A DNA stretch of 64,000 nt. Source: Macrostomum lignano (lineage: Eukaryota). Where the stretch lies: positions 1-64,000 of the forward strand of contig NIVC01003934.1 of assembly GCA_002269645.1 (NCBI GenBank), read 5' to 3'. Shown here piece by piece: positions 1-13,680 of the stretch (within the stretch, counting starts at the first letter, position 1; every line of letters begins with the position of its first letter). Both the position numbers and the translations under genes were made by a program. The notes under the pieces were generated by a model. It had not been told where the DNA came from. It searched no databases and worked only from the letters and a program-made list of their open reading frames with translations.

Positions 1-276
1 GCGTTGACGTCGACGGAGGCAGCGGGAGCTATTGCAGGGATCGAAGTCGTGAAAGGAGCAGCGGAAAAAGCAGATGTCGCGGCTGCTGAAGCAGCTGGCG
101 GCGGTCACTGGCTTCGACGTGCGGCTGCTCCGCTTCAGCAGAGGCTGTGCTGTGGTCGTTCTGGATTGCTGGATCTGGTCGATGTAAGAATGAGCGGTTA
201 GCGGGTAAGGAATCAGAAGAAGAAAAGCAGAGGTGAAGGGCCGAAGCCGCGAGTTGAACTTGTATTTATACTAACA

Positions 277-790
277 CAAGCTGTTGAAACCCATGGATTT
301 TGAACCCGAGGAATTCCAATCCCCAGAACTATTTTTGCATGTATTCTGAAATCTAAGGCCATACAGGAACAAAAACTTGTTAATAGCTCGTAGTTAGTAG
401 GATAGAGGTAAACATAAATAGAGTACATTAGTGTAAAATTAGGATTTGAGGCAAACATTTGATATTGTTAGCTGGGGTGCTGCGCAAAATGTCAGGCAAG
501 TCTCTCTGACTCTAAAACATGTATTGGCAAACTCTGGCCTCTGCCTCTGACTCCCCCTACGTCCCTTGGATCCATTGAAACTTCTATCTTCTCTTCTGTT
601 TCCTCTCTTCTCTCTCGTCCCTCCTCTCTCCTCTCTTTTCTCTCTCCTTTCGTCTCTTCCCTTTTTTCCTCTCTCCTCTGTCCCCTCTTCTCTCTTACTT
701 CCCTCATCTCTCTTTTCTTTAATCTCTCTCATCTCATTTCTTATCTCTTCTTTTCTCTCTCCTCTCCTCTCTCCCCCCTTCTCTCGATGA
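277..790 (-). mobile_element. 3' portion of a non-autonomous Helitron-like element (same family as 48565-51337), including a GA/CT-rich tract
   Basis: The reverse complement of about 277-620 aligns by eye with about 51020-51337, including the terminal hairpin and AACAG-CTTG|T end. No 5' end was found nearby. Confidence 0.7.
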
Positions 791-1989
791 TCTTGTTTGC
801 GGTCGTAAGTTTCGCGGTCCTAAGTTTCGATTCTGGGTTTGTTCTTCTGCCGCACTTGCATGTGGCCTGTGCAGAGCTACCAAGTGTTGTCTGCTTCTTC
901 TGATGGTCCTGCTTCAGCCGCATTGTTCTGCCTTGCAGATCTAAATCGTCTAGCTGCAGCAGTCCAACGACTTTCTTTCTTTTCTTCGCTTTTCTTCGGA
1001 GGCATTAAAATTTTAAAGTGTCTTGTTAAAGAGGACTTAGTGTTACAATATTTTGCGTGATTTTTAGCGTCTTGTCTCCCTGCGTTTAATAAAAGTACCT
1101 TCTTTTGCCCCAAGCTAGTTTGTCTATGGCCCAAACTCCCACTTTCGGTTTCAGCCTCCAACTAACTGTGGGACTATGAAGCCTATAGTCTATTATAATC
1201 CATAGATATAAAGATTTTCCGTGGTTTTATTGAATATTAAACCACTTTAAAGCTCAATTTCAGGGAGATTATTGACATAGATTTTATTTTGCGGGATTTA
1301 ATCGATCACTTTCCCGGACATATTGCAAGGATTATTGTATGTATCTAAATAAGCGAGCTTCTCTCTTCTCTTCCTTTGTGACTCGAGAAATTTCTTAATT
1401 AAATTTTGTCTATGGTAAGAATGTGGGGGCCCAGCAAAGGCTTCGCCCCACACCCCATCCCCAACTTCAACCATAGACATACAAGTATGGCTCCGGGATT
1501 TATCTGAATACATCCCGCAAAATTAAAGTTGTTTAAATATTTGGCTCTCGGATTTAATCACATACCGACCTCAAACCCAAAGAATATCTTATACTTACCA
1601 ATTATAGCTGCTGGGCAGACGCGCGCTTCTTATATTTGCTAATTGAACTCAAATTGCGTATACAATAGAAATCGGCTGTGAGCACTATACGCCACAGATT
1701 CTATATTACCTAGATTGGTCACTCCAAGAGAAATCGTTCGCTCATCGAAAACCCAGTGTTTTTGCCACAGACGCGAGTTGAATACTGCCGCATTAACATA
1801 TATTTTTAGTAAACTATGTTATTTGCCTTTAACGCTAGGCGAGCCAATATTGAGAAATGACTTTTAATTGGAGAAAACGCGAGTAACAAATTTCTGAGCC
1901 GAATACGAGCGTATTTATTGAATGCGCGGAACATTAAAACAAATAAAGATATTATTACTTCCATAAAGATATGGTGATTAAACAAGCAA

Positions 1990-2112
1990 GTATGACAGGC
2001 AAGCATGACAGATAAGCATGACAGATAAGCATGACAGATAAGCGTGACAGATAAGCATGACAGATAAGCGTGACAGATAAGCGTGACTGATAAGCATGAC
2101 AGATAAGCGTGG
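1990..2112. repeat. 13-bp minisatellite (GATAAGCATGACA)n at the internal deletion junction of the P element
   Basis: About 9 tandem copies visible. Confidence 0.9.
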
Positions 2113-2302
2113 CAGATTGCCTGCGTAGGAACCGATAAGCAGCAGGACTCAAGTGGTGAATCACAATGGCTTCTCGCACCTGCTTGCGATTCCAGCGCAT
2201 ACCGCGATTTCGAATTCGGCGTGTTGCAACTGTCTGCTGTTCAGAAGTGGCAGTTGAAGCTCTTTGAAGCTTCTGCTTTAATCTCTTGATGACTCCATCT
2301 CG

Positions 2303-2839
2303 TTATCGAGCTCTATCCCGCTGTTTCTTCCGCTCCTTTCGAATTTCGTTGCGGTTGTTTGTTGCCCTGTCTTCTGAACCAGTTTTATTCTGAGCGTCGG
2401 CTGGCATTGCGTGTAGCTCAGGCATCTCGACAGCATACGTATCTTCACGATGCAGAACTGGTGGATACATGTTGTCAGCAATGTGGTCTGGTCGCGGCTC
2501 GACTTCAACCGATTCCTTCTCCAAACGTGGTGGAAAAGTGTAGGGATTTGGAAGGGCATCTTTTCTAAGTCGAGCTGAACGTCGTTCGTGTAGTGGGCAG
2601 GAGTAATCGGTTTCTTTAAAATGCAGACTGCACACTTTCAGCCTCCGCTGCTGCACAAAATTTAAGTCAACATCGCGTAATTCAAGTATCTCTATCCAAC
2701 GAACTGCTACCTGGTCATCGCTTGGAAATTTGTGTAGATGGACTGCAAATCCATGCACTGAAGCTGGAGTGTCCTCTGTAGTATAGCAGGCAGCTGCACA
2801 ACAAGCGTGGCTACTAAGACGATTGATGATCAGCGCCAT
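2303..2839 (-). CDS. THAP zinc-finger + coiled-coil protein, 178 aa (truncated P-type transposase N-terminus)
   Basis: C2CH THAP signature CCAAAC...LHKFP...W...VCSLHF...LRKDALP. After the TAA the same frame continues RDGVIKRLKQKLQ...MRWNRKQVREAIVIHHLSPAAYRFLRR, the W..A...SP.AY..LR motif of P transposases. Confidence 0.85.
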   Translation of the reverse strand: MALIINRLSSHACCAAACYTTEDTPASVHGFAVHLHKFPSDDQVAVRWIEILELRDVDLNFVQQRRLKVCSLHFKETDYSCPLHERRSARLRKDALPNPYTFPPRLEKESVEVEPRPDHIADNMYPPVLHREDTYAVEMPELHAMPADAQNKTGSEDRATNNRNEIRKERKKQRDRAR

Positions 2840-3639
2840 GGCTAACGTGCGAAGCAGCAGCTCACAGCCAGCGAGTTTTGAGCTCGCGATAGATTTATCA
2901 AATAAATTATTAAATGCAGAGTGCTGCGCTGGCAGCAGACAACTGACTGTCTATGGGCAAAACGCTGGGTTTTCGCGGCAGACGGCTGGCGGACGCAGTT
3001 TCCATTGCAAATTCGATGAGTGACCAATCTAGGTAATATAGAATCTGTGCTATACGCAGCAAAAAGATGAAACCAAAGACAATAGAAAAACTTAAAATAG
3101 CTTCACGTAACGGGTACAAATAAAAGCTTATAGAAATACACAACACTACAAACCTGCAAGGTTCCTTACTAAAGCTCTACTGGGGGGGGAGAAATTCTGA
3201 CACTAAACAGAAAGAAACGCTCCAACTCTCCTCAATTCCTGTGCAGAGAGAGGAACTAACTAGAGGTTCTGTTCATGTAGTTCGTACATGCATTTGAAGT
3301 CAGGCATTAAAAGTCCATAGGAATTGATAGCGTGTTATTACATGTACGAGGTATCTTAAAGGCGTCGACCACAAACGAGTCGAGGGATTGGGATGATAGG
3401 ATCCCATGGTGGGGTCAGGACCGTTTTTTGTGGCCTTACTGTTCATCAACTAGTATTATTAACGATAGCATTCTTTTATTTCTACGAGCGTACTCGTAGA
3501 TAATGAGCGAAGCTACAGTGTGGAACAGTTTTTAATCCTTCGAAAATATACATGTGATTTCTTCCATCTAGCGTGTAGTTAAATTATTAGGCTAGGGATC
3601 GAACCAACGAATTTTTTATCGGATTTTTCAATAAGCCAA

Positions 3640-3800
3640 GTCGTGCTAGTGGTTCGAGCGCTGCCCCCATGTCAAGGCGACGTCGGACCGCAGCCAGCGA
3701 GAAGGCAAGGAGTCATGCTCATTCCGCTGACTCCTTGAGCACACACCCCACCCGCACGGATACGTACGTAGGTGCGCGTTCATACAGAGCGTACAGCGGC
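3640..3800 (-). mobile_element. Diverged partial copy of tRNA-SINE family 2
   Basis: The reverse complement aligns by eye with 19985-20120 (shared TGCTCA.GGAGTC.GC.GAATG.GCA and GGATACGTACG motifs). Confidence 0.55.
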
Positions 3801-4599
3801 TGCCGCGTTTGTACTGTACTTTTGTACATATAAATACATAAAGATATGTACATGTAAATGTATACTCTCCGTGACTTGCTGTTGAGTCGCACAAGCCCTG
3901 AGCCATGCAATTTCTGTGTGCGATCGAGCCCCAAATTGATGCGGGTACTGTTGGCAGTAGTCAGATCCGTTCACCGCAGAGAAATTACTCTGCTACGATC
4001 GATTTGGATTAGTGAGGCTAACGACAGCAAGACCAGTGGAAACACCTTACTTATCTTTCTGTCCACAATTTAAAAGGATTTTAACAAAACTATTAAAAAA
4101 ACTTTCTCTTTAAGGAAGTATTTGAGCCAATCATTCAATGCCCCCAAGCATTTACAGAAACTGTTCGTAACTGCATGGCTTCGCAACTCTACTTCTATCA
4201 AGAGGGTTATAGCAAGTGTTGAGACAGAACTCAGCGACATCATCATCTCTAAATTCTCAAAAAATACGAGAATATTGACTGACACACACAGTGTGCTCAA
4301 ACATTTTAAAGGAGCTAAGGAAGCTCCCTTGCAATAACAGAGTTCGCAGGAGAGGGTTGTATTTCTTCTCAACAAGCAATGTCTCTGAGATACATAATAG
4401 AAAGAATTTCAAAGAGCAAGATGGAAGCAACTAAAAACAAGATGGCTGCTTAGTTCAGAGTTTAGTTGTTTGTGGAGCTTGAAATTGTGACGCTTCTTCG
4501 CTTCTTCAAGTTTCTTTTGCTGCCATTTGAGAAAAACTCGTCACCTTAAAACCTGCATGTCACTTCTTCAGCCTCAGGAGAATCCGCTTGTGTTCCGCC

Positions 4600-5987
4600 A
4601 TGGAAAAACGGCTGGTGGTAGCGGCTTTCCTATCTCTGCTTTTGTCTTTGACTTCTGCAGCAAGTAAAATTTTATCTTTTAGTTTCTTTCGGATTGTGTA
4701 ATGCATTGAACTACGAGTACTTTAGTCTGTTTTATTGTTTGTATTCAGACAGAAGCACGAATTTACACGCATGCTAAACCGATTGGCATGATTTCATAAA
4801 CAATTAAGTTTGCTTAAATGCTTCACCAGAAATCGAATTCGTTTGTTTTAGACTTTAAAAATGTACTATTGTGCGAAAATGAAAAATTCCAGAGTTCTCC
4901 ATCCAGCCGGTGAGCGAACCGATTGCGACCTCTGGCTACAAAACTCTGCCGGGTCGCAATGAGAGAGACTGCGCGATGAAGTGCGAGTTGCTGGGCAGCC
5001 TGGTGTGCTCAGCCGTCTCATTCGTGCAGGAATCTGGTCTCTGTCTGCTGTCTGCCGTGCGGAATGCCAGCTTCGGAGCTGCTGGCGGCAGCGGCCAGGT
5101 TTTTCGACGACGGGAAACGTCACGTGAGGTTGAATTTCATAGAACGCAAACTTTATGCGACTTTGTCAGTGGTTGAACTATCTAATCGCTGTTTTTCTGT
5201 GTCACTTTAAGACCTATCGCTTCTGGGATGAGTACGGCTCGTAACTACGAGTATATTAAGGTGGCTCAAAGTGTTTACATTAATAAAAAAAATTACTCTT
5301 CTAGGCCTCGTGCGCTATGGGACAATCGACGGTGGCCGCGTGTTCCGAATCATGCAACATCGATCGAAGGGAAATCTGAGCTTTGCTCGGAACTGGAGCG
5401 ACTATGAGAACGGATTCGGGGACGGCACTGACTTCTGGGTTGGTGAGTCCGGACTACTTTCAGAAATGCCGCCGAATTTTCGAGTGTAGCCTTCCTTATA
5501 CTTTACTTGTCAACGCATTTTGAAGCATTCTTTCCCCAAACTGCAACTCTTTTCAGGTCTAAAAACAATAAACCAACTGACCGGAAAGTCTCCGCGGCTG
5601 CTTAGAGCTGAGATAATCACGTGGTCGAATGTTCTCTTCGTGTGCGAGTACTCCAACTTTACTGTGGGCGACGTCACCACCAACTACACCATGAACTATG
5701 GTTCCTACCTGACTGGCAGCTCCAACACAAGCGAAGACTCGCTATCCTACCAGAATGAAATGCAATTCTCCACAATGGACCGGGACAACGATGTTCAAAG
5801 CACTTCCTGCTCGAACTCCTACGGCAACGGCGGCTGGTGGTTCAAGGACTGTTTAAAGACAAATCCTAATGGGATTTACGGCACCTCGGCTGTGATCGGC
5901 CCGGTTTACATGAGTTGGAACGGAGCCACCTCGAATCGTTCAACTGCCATAAAGAGCATTCAACTCATGATTGAGTTCAGTGACTGA
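4600..5987 (+). CDS. Secreted PAN/apple-domain + fibrinogen C-terminal domain (FReD) protein, multi-exon
   Basis: Exon 4600-4663 encodes signal peptide MEKRLVVAAFLSLLLSLTSAA. Exon 4893-~5123 has a PAN-like Cys pattern (C..KC.....C.A.SF.....C.L). Exons 5305-5442 and 5557-5987 give FReD motifs (F.RNWSDYENGFG..DFWVGL, FSTMDRDND, GGWWF..C...NPNG). The small linking exon near 5211-5260 is unresolved. Confidence 0.85.
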
Positions 5988-6026
5988 GCAGCATTGCTGG
6001 TCATGTGACTATGAGACTGTCTTTTG

Positions 6027-7023
<997 letters not shown>

Positions 7024-7474
7024 ATACTTTGCATCAGAAAAACACAAATGTGAAATTTTAAATAAATCTTCATTTCGCGAGTTCTTAGCTACAGAATGGC
7101 ACTTTTCAAACCTAAGTTCGTCATGTTGTTTATTTCGTCAAATCTTTGAAATCTCAAAGCAGACAGAGTGCCCTTTGACCAGTTAACGAGTGCACCCTAA
7201 AGATATTTTTAGCAATGACTGGGCTGGTAACCTTGATTAAGCAAACCAAGCGTGTAGCCCTCAACAGAAACAAAATTGCCTCAGTATATTTAGTGAGCGA
7301 CGGCTATTCCATGGCATTTTCGCGGAATTGCCGGCAAAAATACTATTGTGTGTAAATACGTAATAAATAGCCCGATAAGCAAGTTTTTATGGTGAATAAT
7401 ACTCGTAATTCCATCTCAGAACTTAATACATATTAAACTAGGAATTGCATCAGTTAAGCACAACAACAGACAGC

Positions 7475-8176
7475 ATGGTAGCCAAACAAAGGACCCAATC
7501 GCGAATATGCGCTGTGACAACCGACCCTCACTCTTGGCGATCGGTCGACACCGCAGTCGACGTCCCTTGCCCACATCCCGACGTGGACATCAGCGGCCAG
7601 AACAGCCTTCTTCGCGCCGCTGCCAAAGCCGACTTGCAAAAGTTCGAGCAGCACTTTAGCCAGTGCAACAAAGACTCAGCTGCAGTCAACTACAAAGACT
7701 TTAGCAATCGAACTGCTCTGATTCTCGGCAGCATTGCCGGCAGCCTTGAGATCGTATGCAGACTGACTAAAAACCATCTGGTGAAGATCAATGAGCAGGT
7801 ACGTGTGAATTCTTGGGAGAATCTTTAATGACAAAATATGCAGGTATTAAGAAACAATTCATGTTTTGCATTGCAGGACAAGTCCGGCTTCACTGCCCTC
7901 ATGTACGCCACCCAGAGAGGTCACGCAGCCATCGCTGAGTTGCTCCTGAAGAAGAAGGCCAACTACAGGCTGACGGACAACCGCGGCAACACCGCCATCA
8001 TTCTGGCCGCCAGACGAAACCAGGTGGCCTGTCTGGAGACGCTGGCTCGCTACATCAAGGACCCAGCCGACTGGGAGGCGAAGGGAGAGCATGGACTCAC
8101 TGCGAAAGAGTGGGCTGAAGCCAACGAGAGGCCAGAAGCGGCTGAATTCATACGGAAGATGCGCAATTCACCTTGA
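7475..8176 (+). CDS. Small ankyrin-repeat protein, ~207 aa, two exons (7475-7798, 7877-8176)
   Basis: Phase-0 GT-AG intron 7799-7876 joins KINEQ to DKSGFTALMYA. Ankyrin consensus repeats (TALILG, GFTALMYA, GNTAIILA). AATAAA near 8403. Confidence 0.85.
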
Positions 8177-8714
8177 ATATTTTTGCCACACTGATGTGAT
8201 CAATCAGTATTGACGTTCCATATCGCATCTCAATTTTCTCTTTCATTTTTACTTTAAACGGTGAACGCATTTTATTCCTTTTTTAAACTTTATAAAAGAC
8301 AAACCAACAAATATGCTGTAAGCCAACTCTGTTGCCTTAGTAAAGTACGAGTTGGACAAAAGCCAAAAATATTCTTAATAATTTTATTGAAAATGTGTGC
8401 TATAAATAAATTTTCCAAGTTTTATCTGTGATCTGTGAAATTTTCTTTTTTTATAAAGTATATACAATAACGAATCTATACAGCTCTTATTTAAAAGAGA
8501 CAGAAAATTCGAGTATACAAAGTGAAGTTTATAACAAAATAAACCGCAAATTCGGTCAATTTTAAATTACATAAAAATTACATCGATTACATTAATTCGT
8601 TGATTGGATTTTTTAGTTAATTTTTATTTTATAATTAGCCAGCTAGCTAGTGCCGATTGCGCACAGGTTGTATAAGCTCGTAGATTTTTTGTCGTAGGGT
8701 TTTAAACACTCTGC

Positions 8715-8959
8715 CAGTGGCGGATCTAGAGTTTCATTTTGGGGGGCGGTCTAAGTTTGGGGCGCCAACACGAGTATAAGGGGCGCCAATTTTTAACCTA
8801 GGGGCGCAAAAATGCGTATAGGGGGCGAAAAATCAAGCTTAGGGGCGCAAAAAAGGTGTTTGGGTTCGCAAACTTAGGTTTTTTTGGGGGGCGCAATTTG
8901 TTCTGTCAAGCTATTTTTGGGGTGGGGGGCAGCTGCCCCCCCCCCTAAATCCATCCCTG
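8715..8959. mobile_element. hAT-type MITE, 245 bp
   Basis: Imperfect TIRs CAGTGGCGGATCTAG / CTAAATCCATCCCTG. Flanking 8-mers CACTCTGC and CTCTGTGC match 6/8 (decayed TSD). Internal GGGGCGC subrepeats. Confidence 0.6.
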
Positions 8960-9140
8960 CTCTGTGCTTTGGGTTCGACAACTTTTGTGAAAAATTCGAT
9001 TAGCCCCCCCCATCTAAGTCAAACTCAATGAGCACAGGCTCAAAGTCACAAATCACAGAGTCACGCATGTACACATGCTCACAGCAATATATTATCACAG
9101 CAACAATTGATTTTACCCCTAGAGTCAGCAAATCTCATAC

Positions 9141-12100
9141 CATTTCATTGACAGATAGGCCTCGCAAAGTGGATGAGTCAGCAGGCTAACGCGGTTCAGG
9201 TTGACCATGTGCTGTAATGTGAGGGCTTTTTACATTTTTTGAGAGAAAATGTAAAGAGTTTTGCTATTTGCAGGTCCACTCACTCGAAGAATAGGCAAAA
9301 ACGGGTACTTTTGTCCCAACGTCTCCTCGTAAACAGGGATTTTTTCAACGGCAAACTGCAGCAGGCTGAAGTCATAGACGGTCTGAATTGGAAAAAAATA
9401 AAAGCCTGTTGAATTTGTTGCTTAACAAAGGAATCTTAACACCAACCAGTTTATCGCTCTCAGTGGGTCTACTAATTGAAAGATTATTTGTCTTGTCGAT
9501 TCAGTGACGTGCGTAGAGGGTCAGGTGGGCCCATCGCCTCAAAAAAATTTATGAAGCTCCACGAATGGCAGAAGCTCAACTTTTGCTCACCAAGAGACAG
9601 GGGCGCCCACCAAGAGACAGGGACGTCCACTAAGAAACAGGGACGTCCATCATGAGACAGGGATGCCCACCAAGAGACAGGGATGCCCACCAAGAGACAG
9701 GGACGTCCACTAAGAAACAGGGACGTCCATCATGAGACAGGGATGCCCACCAAGAGACAGGGATGCCCACCAAGAGACAGGGACGTCCACTAAGAAACAG
9801 GGACGTCCATCATGAGACAGGGATGCCCACCAAGAGACAGGGGCGTCCCCTAGAAATATGAACGCCCACCACAAGACAGGTGCACCCACCAGGTGACAGG
9901 GGCGACGTCTCTGGAGATATATTCGCGAACCAAGACACCCAAATATTGGTGCCCGTTAGGGTTGTGGCCACCTCCAATTGGAATTCCTGTGTGCGTAGGT
10001 TTACTGATTAAAGGATAACTTGTACACTCGTATCGATCATTAGTAGCTAATATTCTTAGAGACAAATAGAGACAAATAAATAACAGACCTTGTAGCCTTT
10101 GTCCGTAATGCTGCGATCCAAAGCCATCTGAAATTTTGATTATTTCCCGTTTGTTAGAAAGTCTAGATGCTACGAGTATATGAAGCATTCGCTAACTTTT
10201 CTTGCAAAATGCGGTTGGTCTACTTCTAGTCTACTTTGTGTGCATTTCTCTCTAAATATTATGCTGTGTGAGAATTTTACAAGCGTAGATTTCGAAAAGA
10301 AGGGCAGTTTCAGCGGCTTGGACCAACTTAGCCAATACTCAACCAATTTGAGTAATGTACGCTAGCTGGCTTATGTACATAGACCACGGGATTTTGAGCA
10401 TAGGGGACGAGTGGCTAGAATAGAAAGTACGCGTGTTCAAAACGCAGTTGTAGGGGTTGAATCGCCCGGAGGATAGAGGGACTTCGTTTCTGAATTTTAC
10501 ATCACTTATGCGCAACGACAACGATGGATACAAATGGCCAAACCAAGTGTCCAGTGTCTTTTGAAAGAGCGTAGGAGTGTAGCAGTTCGGAGTTAGCGGT
10601 GCGAAGAAGCTAGGAGCAAACTCTGGGAGTAGGAGTGAATGAGGTCGCGTTAAGAGTCAATTTTACGTGTGAGCGTATTATAAGACAAGGACAGTAGAAT
10701 TCCACTCCTAACGCCTGAGTCAAGCGTTCGAGAAAAAACTGACCAACTGAATTCTAAATTTTAATAAAGACTGCATCACAACAGGCTTTTTTATTTATCA
10801 ACAGTGTGAGTTGTGACTCCCACTTGAATTGTGTCAGTGTTGGTAACAATATTGAAAATAAAAAGAATTGGTCGATTCAAGTCTTTTTGGTAACTCTGAT
10901 TGCTGAGATGTCGAAGCTTACTGGGGGAATTACTGAGATGTCGAGGCTTACTGGGGAATTACTGAGATGTCGAGGCTTACTGGGGGAATTACTGAGATAT
11001 CGAGGCTTACTGGGGGATTGCTGAGGTGTCGAGGCTTACTGGGGGAATTGTTAGGATATCAAGACTGAGAGGTCGGAAGTAGATTATTCGAAAAGTAATT
11101 ATTCAATCTTTTGAACAATTTTACTCGAATAAGGTGATTTATTAAACTGAAATAGGAATGCTTTTAAGAAAATTTGCTCTTATTTGAAAGGATTTTCATA
11201 AATAAATTTCGTCCCTTGCTAATTGGGCGCCGCGAAGGGGGGGCACTAGATTGCTAGTTTTGTAGCTCTGAATTGACAATCTGTAACTTGATTTGTCATG
11301 TTCTTTTCCGGAAAAAGCTACAGAAAAAAAGGTATTTATGCTGCTCACACTAGCACACTCGGGCAGGTACTGGATGCACTCGAACACGGGGCAGCACCCG
11401 ACAGACACGGAGAGCAGCACTTCAGTCCAGCGAGCATGCTGAATCACGGCTATGAGCACTTCCTTCTCCTTGGCCCTGGTGGCGTAGTTCACGAACAGGT
11501 AACCGTTGCAGTCCTTGATGAGGCTGGCACCGCAGCTCAGCAGGTGCGACACGACCTCGGCTTGGCCAGATTGTGCAGCCAGGTGTAAGGCAGTTTTCTG
11601 TTCAAATTTCAGGTGGGTCAAGCTTGTAATCAACGTAATTTACTGGAAATCTGAACTGTAACATCTGTAAACTCAACATTAGGATTTTTTATGCTATCCA
11701 GTTTAATTAGTTAGGGCAAAAACTCTTTACAAACCTTGATAATACGCTATAAGTAGTGATGTCTGCTAGGACAAGTCAATTAGTGCAATCTATGCTACGG
11801 TCATTGGTCAATTAAGTAATTAGTGAGTCGTAATCCACTTGATTATGGTCTGGAGTGGACCTAATATGATTGTTCAAGGTAAAATTAGCGGATGGACAAA
11901 GGTAAATATAATTAAATGCCAAATCAACTTGGACGATAAATGTCAAATATTAGCTGTGCTCAACCTTTGATGTGCTAAGCTGGGATAGATTAATTAAATT
12001 AGTGTGTTCAGTGGAAACGTTGAGTAGACGTAGAACTAAGCTGGAAAAATGAGTATTTTAGATGTGCTCATTCGAGAAGAAGCTACAGTACCTCATTCAA

Positions 12101-13609
12101 GCTCAACAGTAGTCTATTGGTCGACAGAAAGTGAAATTAATTGTCACAAACTACGAGATAAACAAATGTTAAGCTGCAAAATAGTTACTGACAGACAGAC
12201 AAATATGTTTTAAAAAGGGTTTCAATAAAATCACCTCTTCTCGGTTCTGAGCATCGATAAGAATTGGATTGACGCTGAGCAGCAATCTGATGCAGTTCAT
12301 GTGGCCATTGCGAACCGCCAGGTGTAGGCAGGTGTTGCCGTTAGTGTCTCTAAAATGTAAAATGATTAAAAGTTTCAATGAAGATCTTCAACTGCCTATA
12401 TATAGACGGCTGTGATAGACAGCTAAATTACACTATTCTTCAATTAGCAGTACCAATCGATGCTTCATACCTATAGCCTTTACCTACTTGAAGTATACTC
12501 GCAGGTTGAGTAGATAATCAGTCCCGTGACGTGTTCAAATGAGAACTCTTATAATGCCGTTTAAACATTCTAAAGCTCAAGAAGCATTTCAGAGATAGGA
12601 AATTTTCGGCTTTTCAATAATCTATCCGCAGTGTCTACCCTCCGAAAGTTCCAAAATAAAATTCTGCTGTTTCTGTAGTTTTAGTGTGCAGTTTTTCTAG
12701 CGCGGTTTTTTCTCAACCGAAATTTGTCTATGGCCAAACCCCAGTCTGCCCTGTGCAAAGTGCAAATCTTTTCGAAATCTATTTATTTAGAGATAAATCT
12801 ATCTAGAGAGGAAAGGAGAAGAGATGAAAGGAGAGAGGAGAGGAAAGATGAGAGGAGAAGAGATGAAAGGAGAGAGGAGAGGAAAGATGAGAGGAGAAGA
12901 GATGAAAGGAGAGAGGAGAGGAAAGATGAGAGGAGAAGAGATGGAAGGAGAGAGGAAGTAGAGATGAGAGGAGAAGATATGAATATATGAAAGGATATGA
13001 AAGGAGAGAGAGGAGAGATGAGAGGAGGGGGGAGGACAGAACTGCGAAGAGAGCTGAGAAGAGACAAACCTTGAACATTACTATTGTGAAGTTTCAAAGG
13101 AAGATGAGGGCCGGATAGAGAGGCTTCGCGGGCCGGTGTTTGCCGATCCCTACTTTAGACTCGGCGTTTTCAAATTAAATGCCCCCTCCTCACTTTTAGA
13201 ACACGGCGCCTCGCTGCAGGAGAATTCGCACGATTTTCGCGTGCCCATTCTCGGCTGCCAGGTGCAACGGCGACTGGCCCAACCGGTCGAGGGTGTTGAG
13301 CAGGGGCGGGCCGGACTCAACAAGGTGCCGACAGGTGTTCAATCGGCCGTAGCGGGCGGCGAAGTGCAACGGCGTGCTCCGGTCATTGTTGGCTACCCGG
13401 CATTGGGCGCCCAGGTGCAGCAGCTTCTCGGTGATCATCAGGTCGCCCTTCTGCGTGGCGTAGTGCAGCGGCGTGCAGCCGTACTGATCCTTCAGGTTGA
13501 GCAGCGGTGCCAGCTTCTTCAATTGATTGATGTGAAGCTATTTGAAGGCGCTGTTTTGAGACTGGTTTGACAGGTATCCTATTGCACCAAGTGCTTTTGC
13601 ACCTTCAAT

Positions 13610-13680
<71 letters not shown>

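Larger units (their letters stand above)
1693..3049 (-). mobile_element. Internally deleted P-superfamily (THAP transposase) DNA transposon, 1357 bp
   Basis: Perfect 32-bp TIRs CACAGATTCTATATTACCTAGATTGGTCACTC (1693-1724 and 3018-3049). Identical 8-bp TSD CTATACGC (1685-1692 and 3050-3057). THAP ORF inside. Confidence 0.95.

Noticed and set aside
1-262. 65-aa ORF and a possible plus-strand Helitron 3' end (GGGCCGAAGCCGCG..CTTG|T at 238-262)
   Set aside because: No recognisable domain; the hairpin is weak and cut by the window edge, so it cannot be supported.
800-1161. Minus-strand MPPKKSEEKK..RRFRSARQ ORF as a gene or RepHel N-terminus
   Set aside because: Interrupted by stops and no diagnostic motif.
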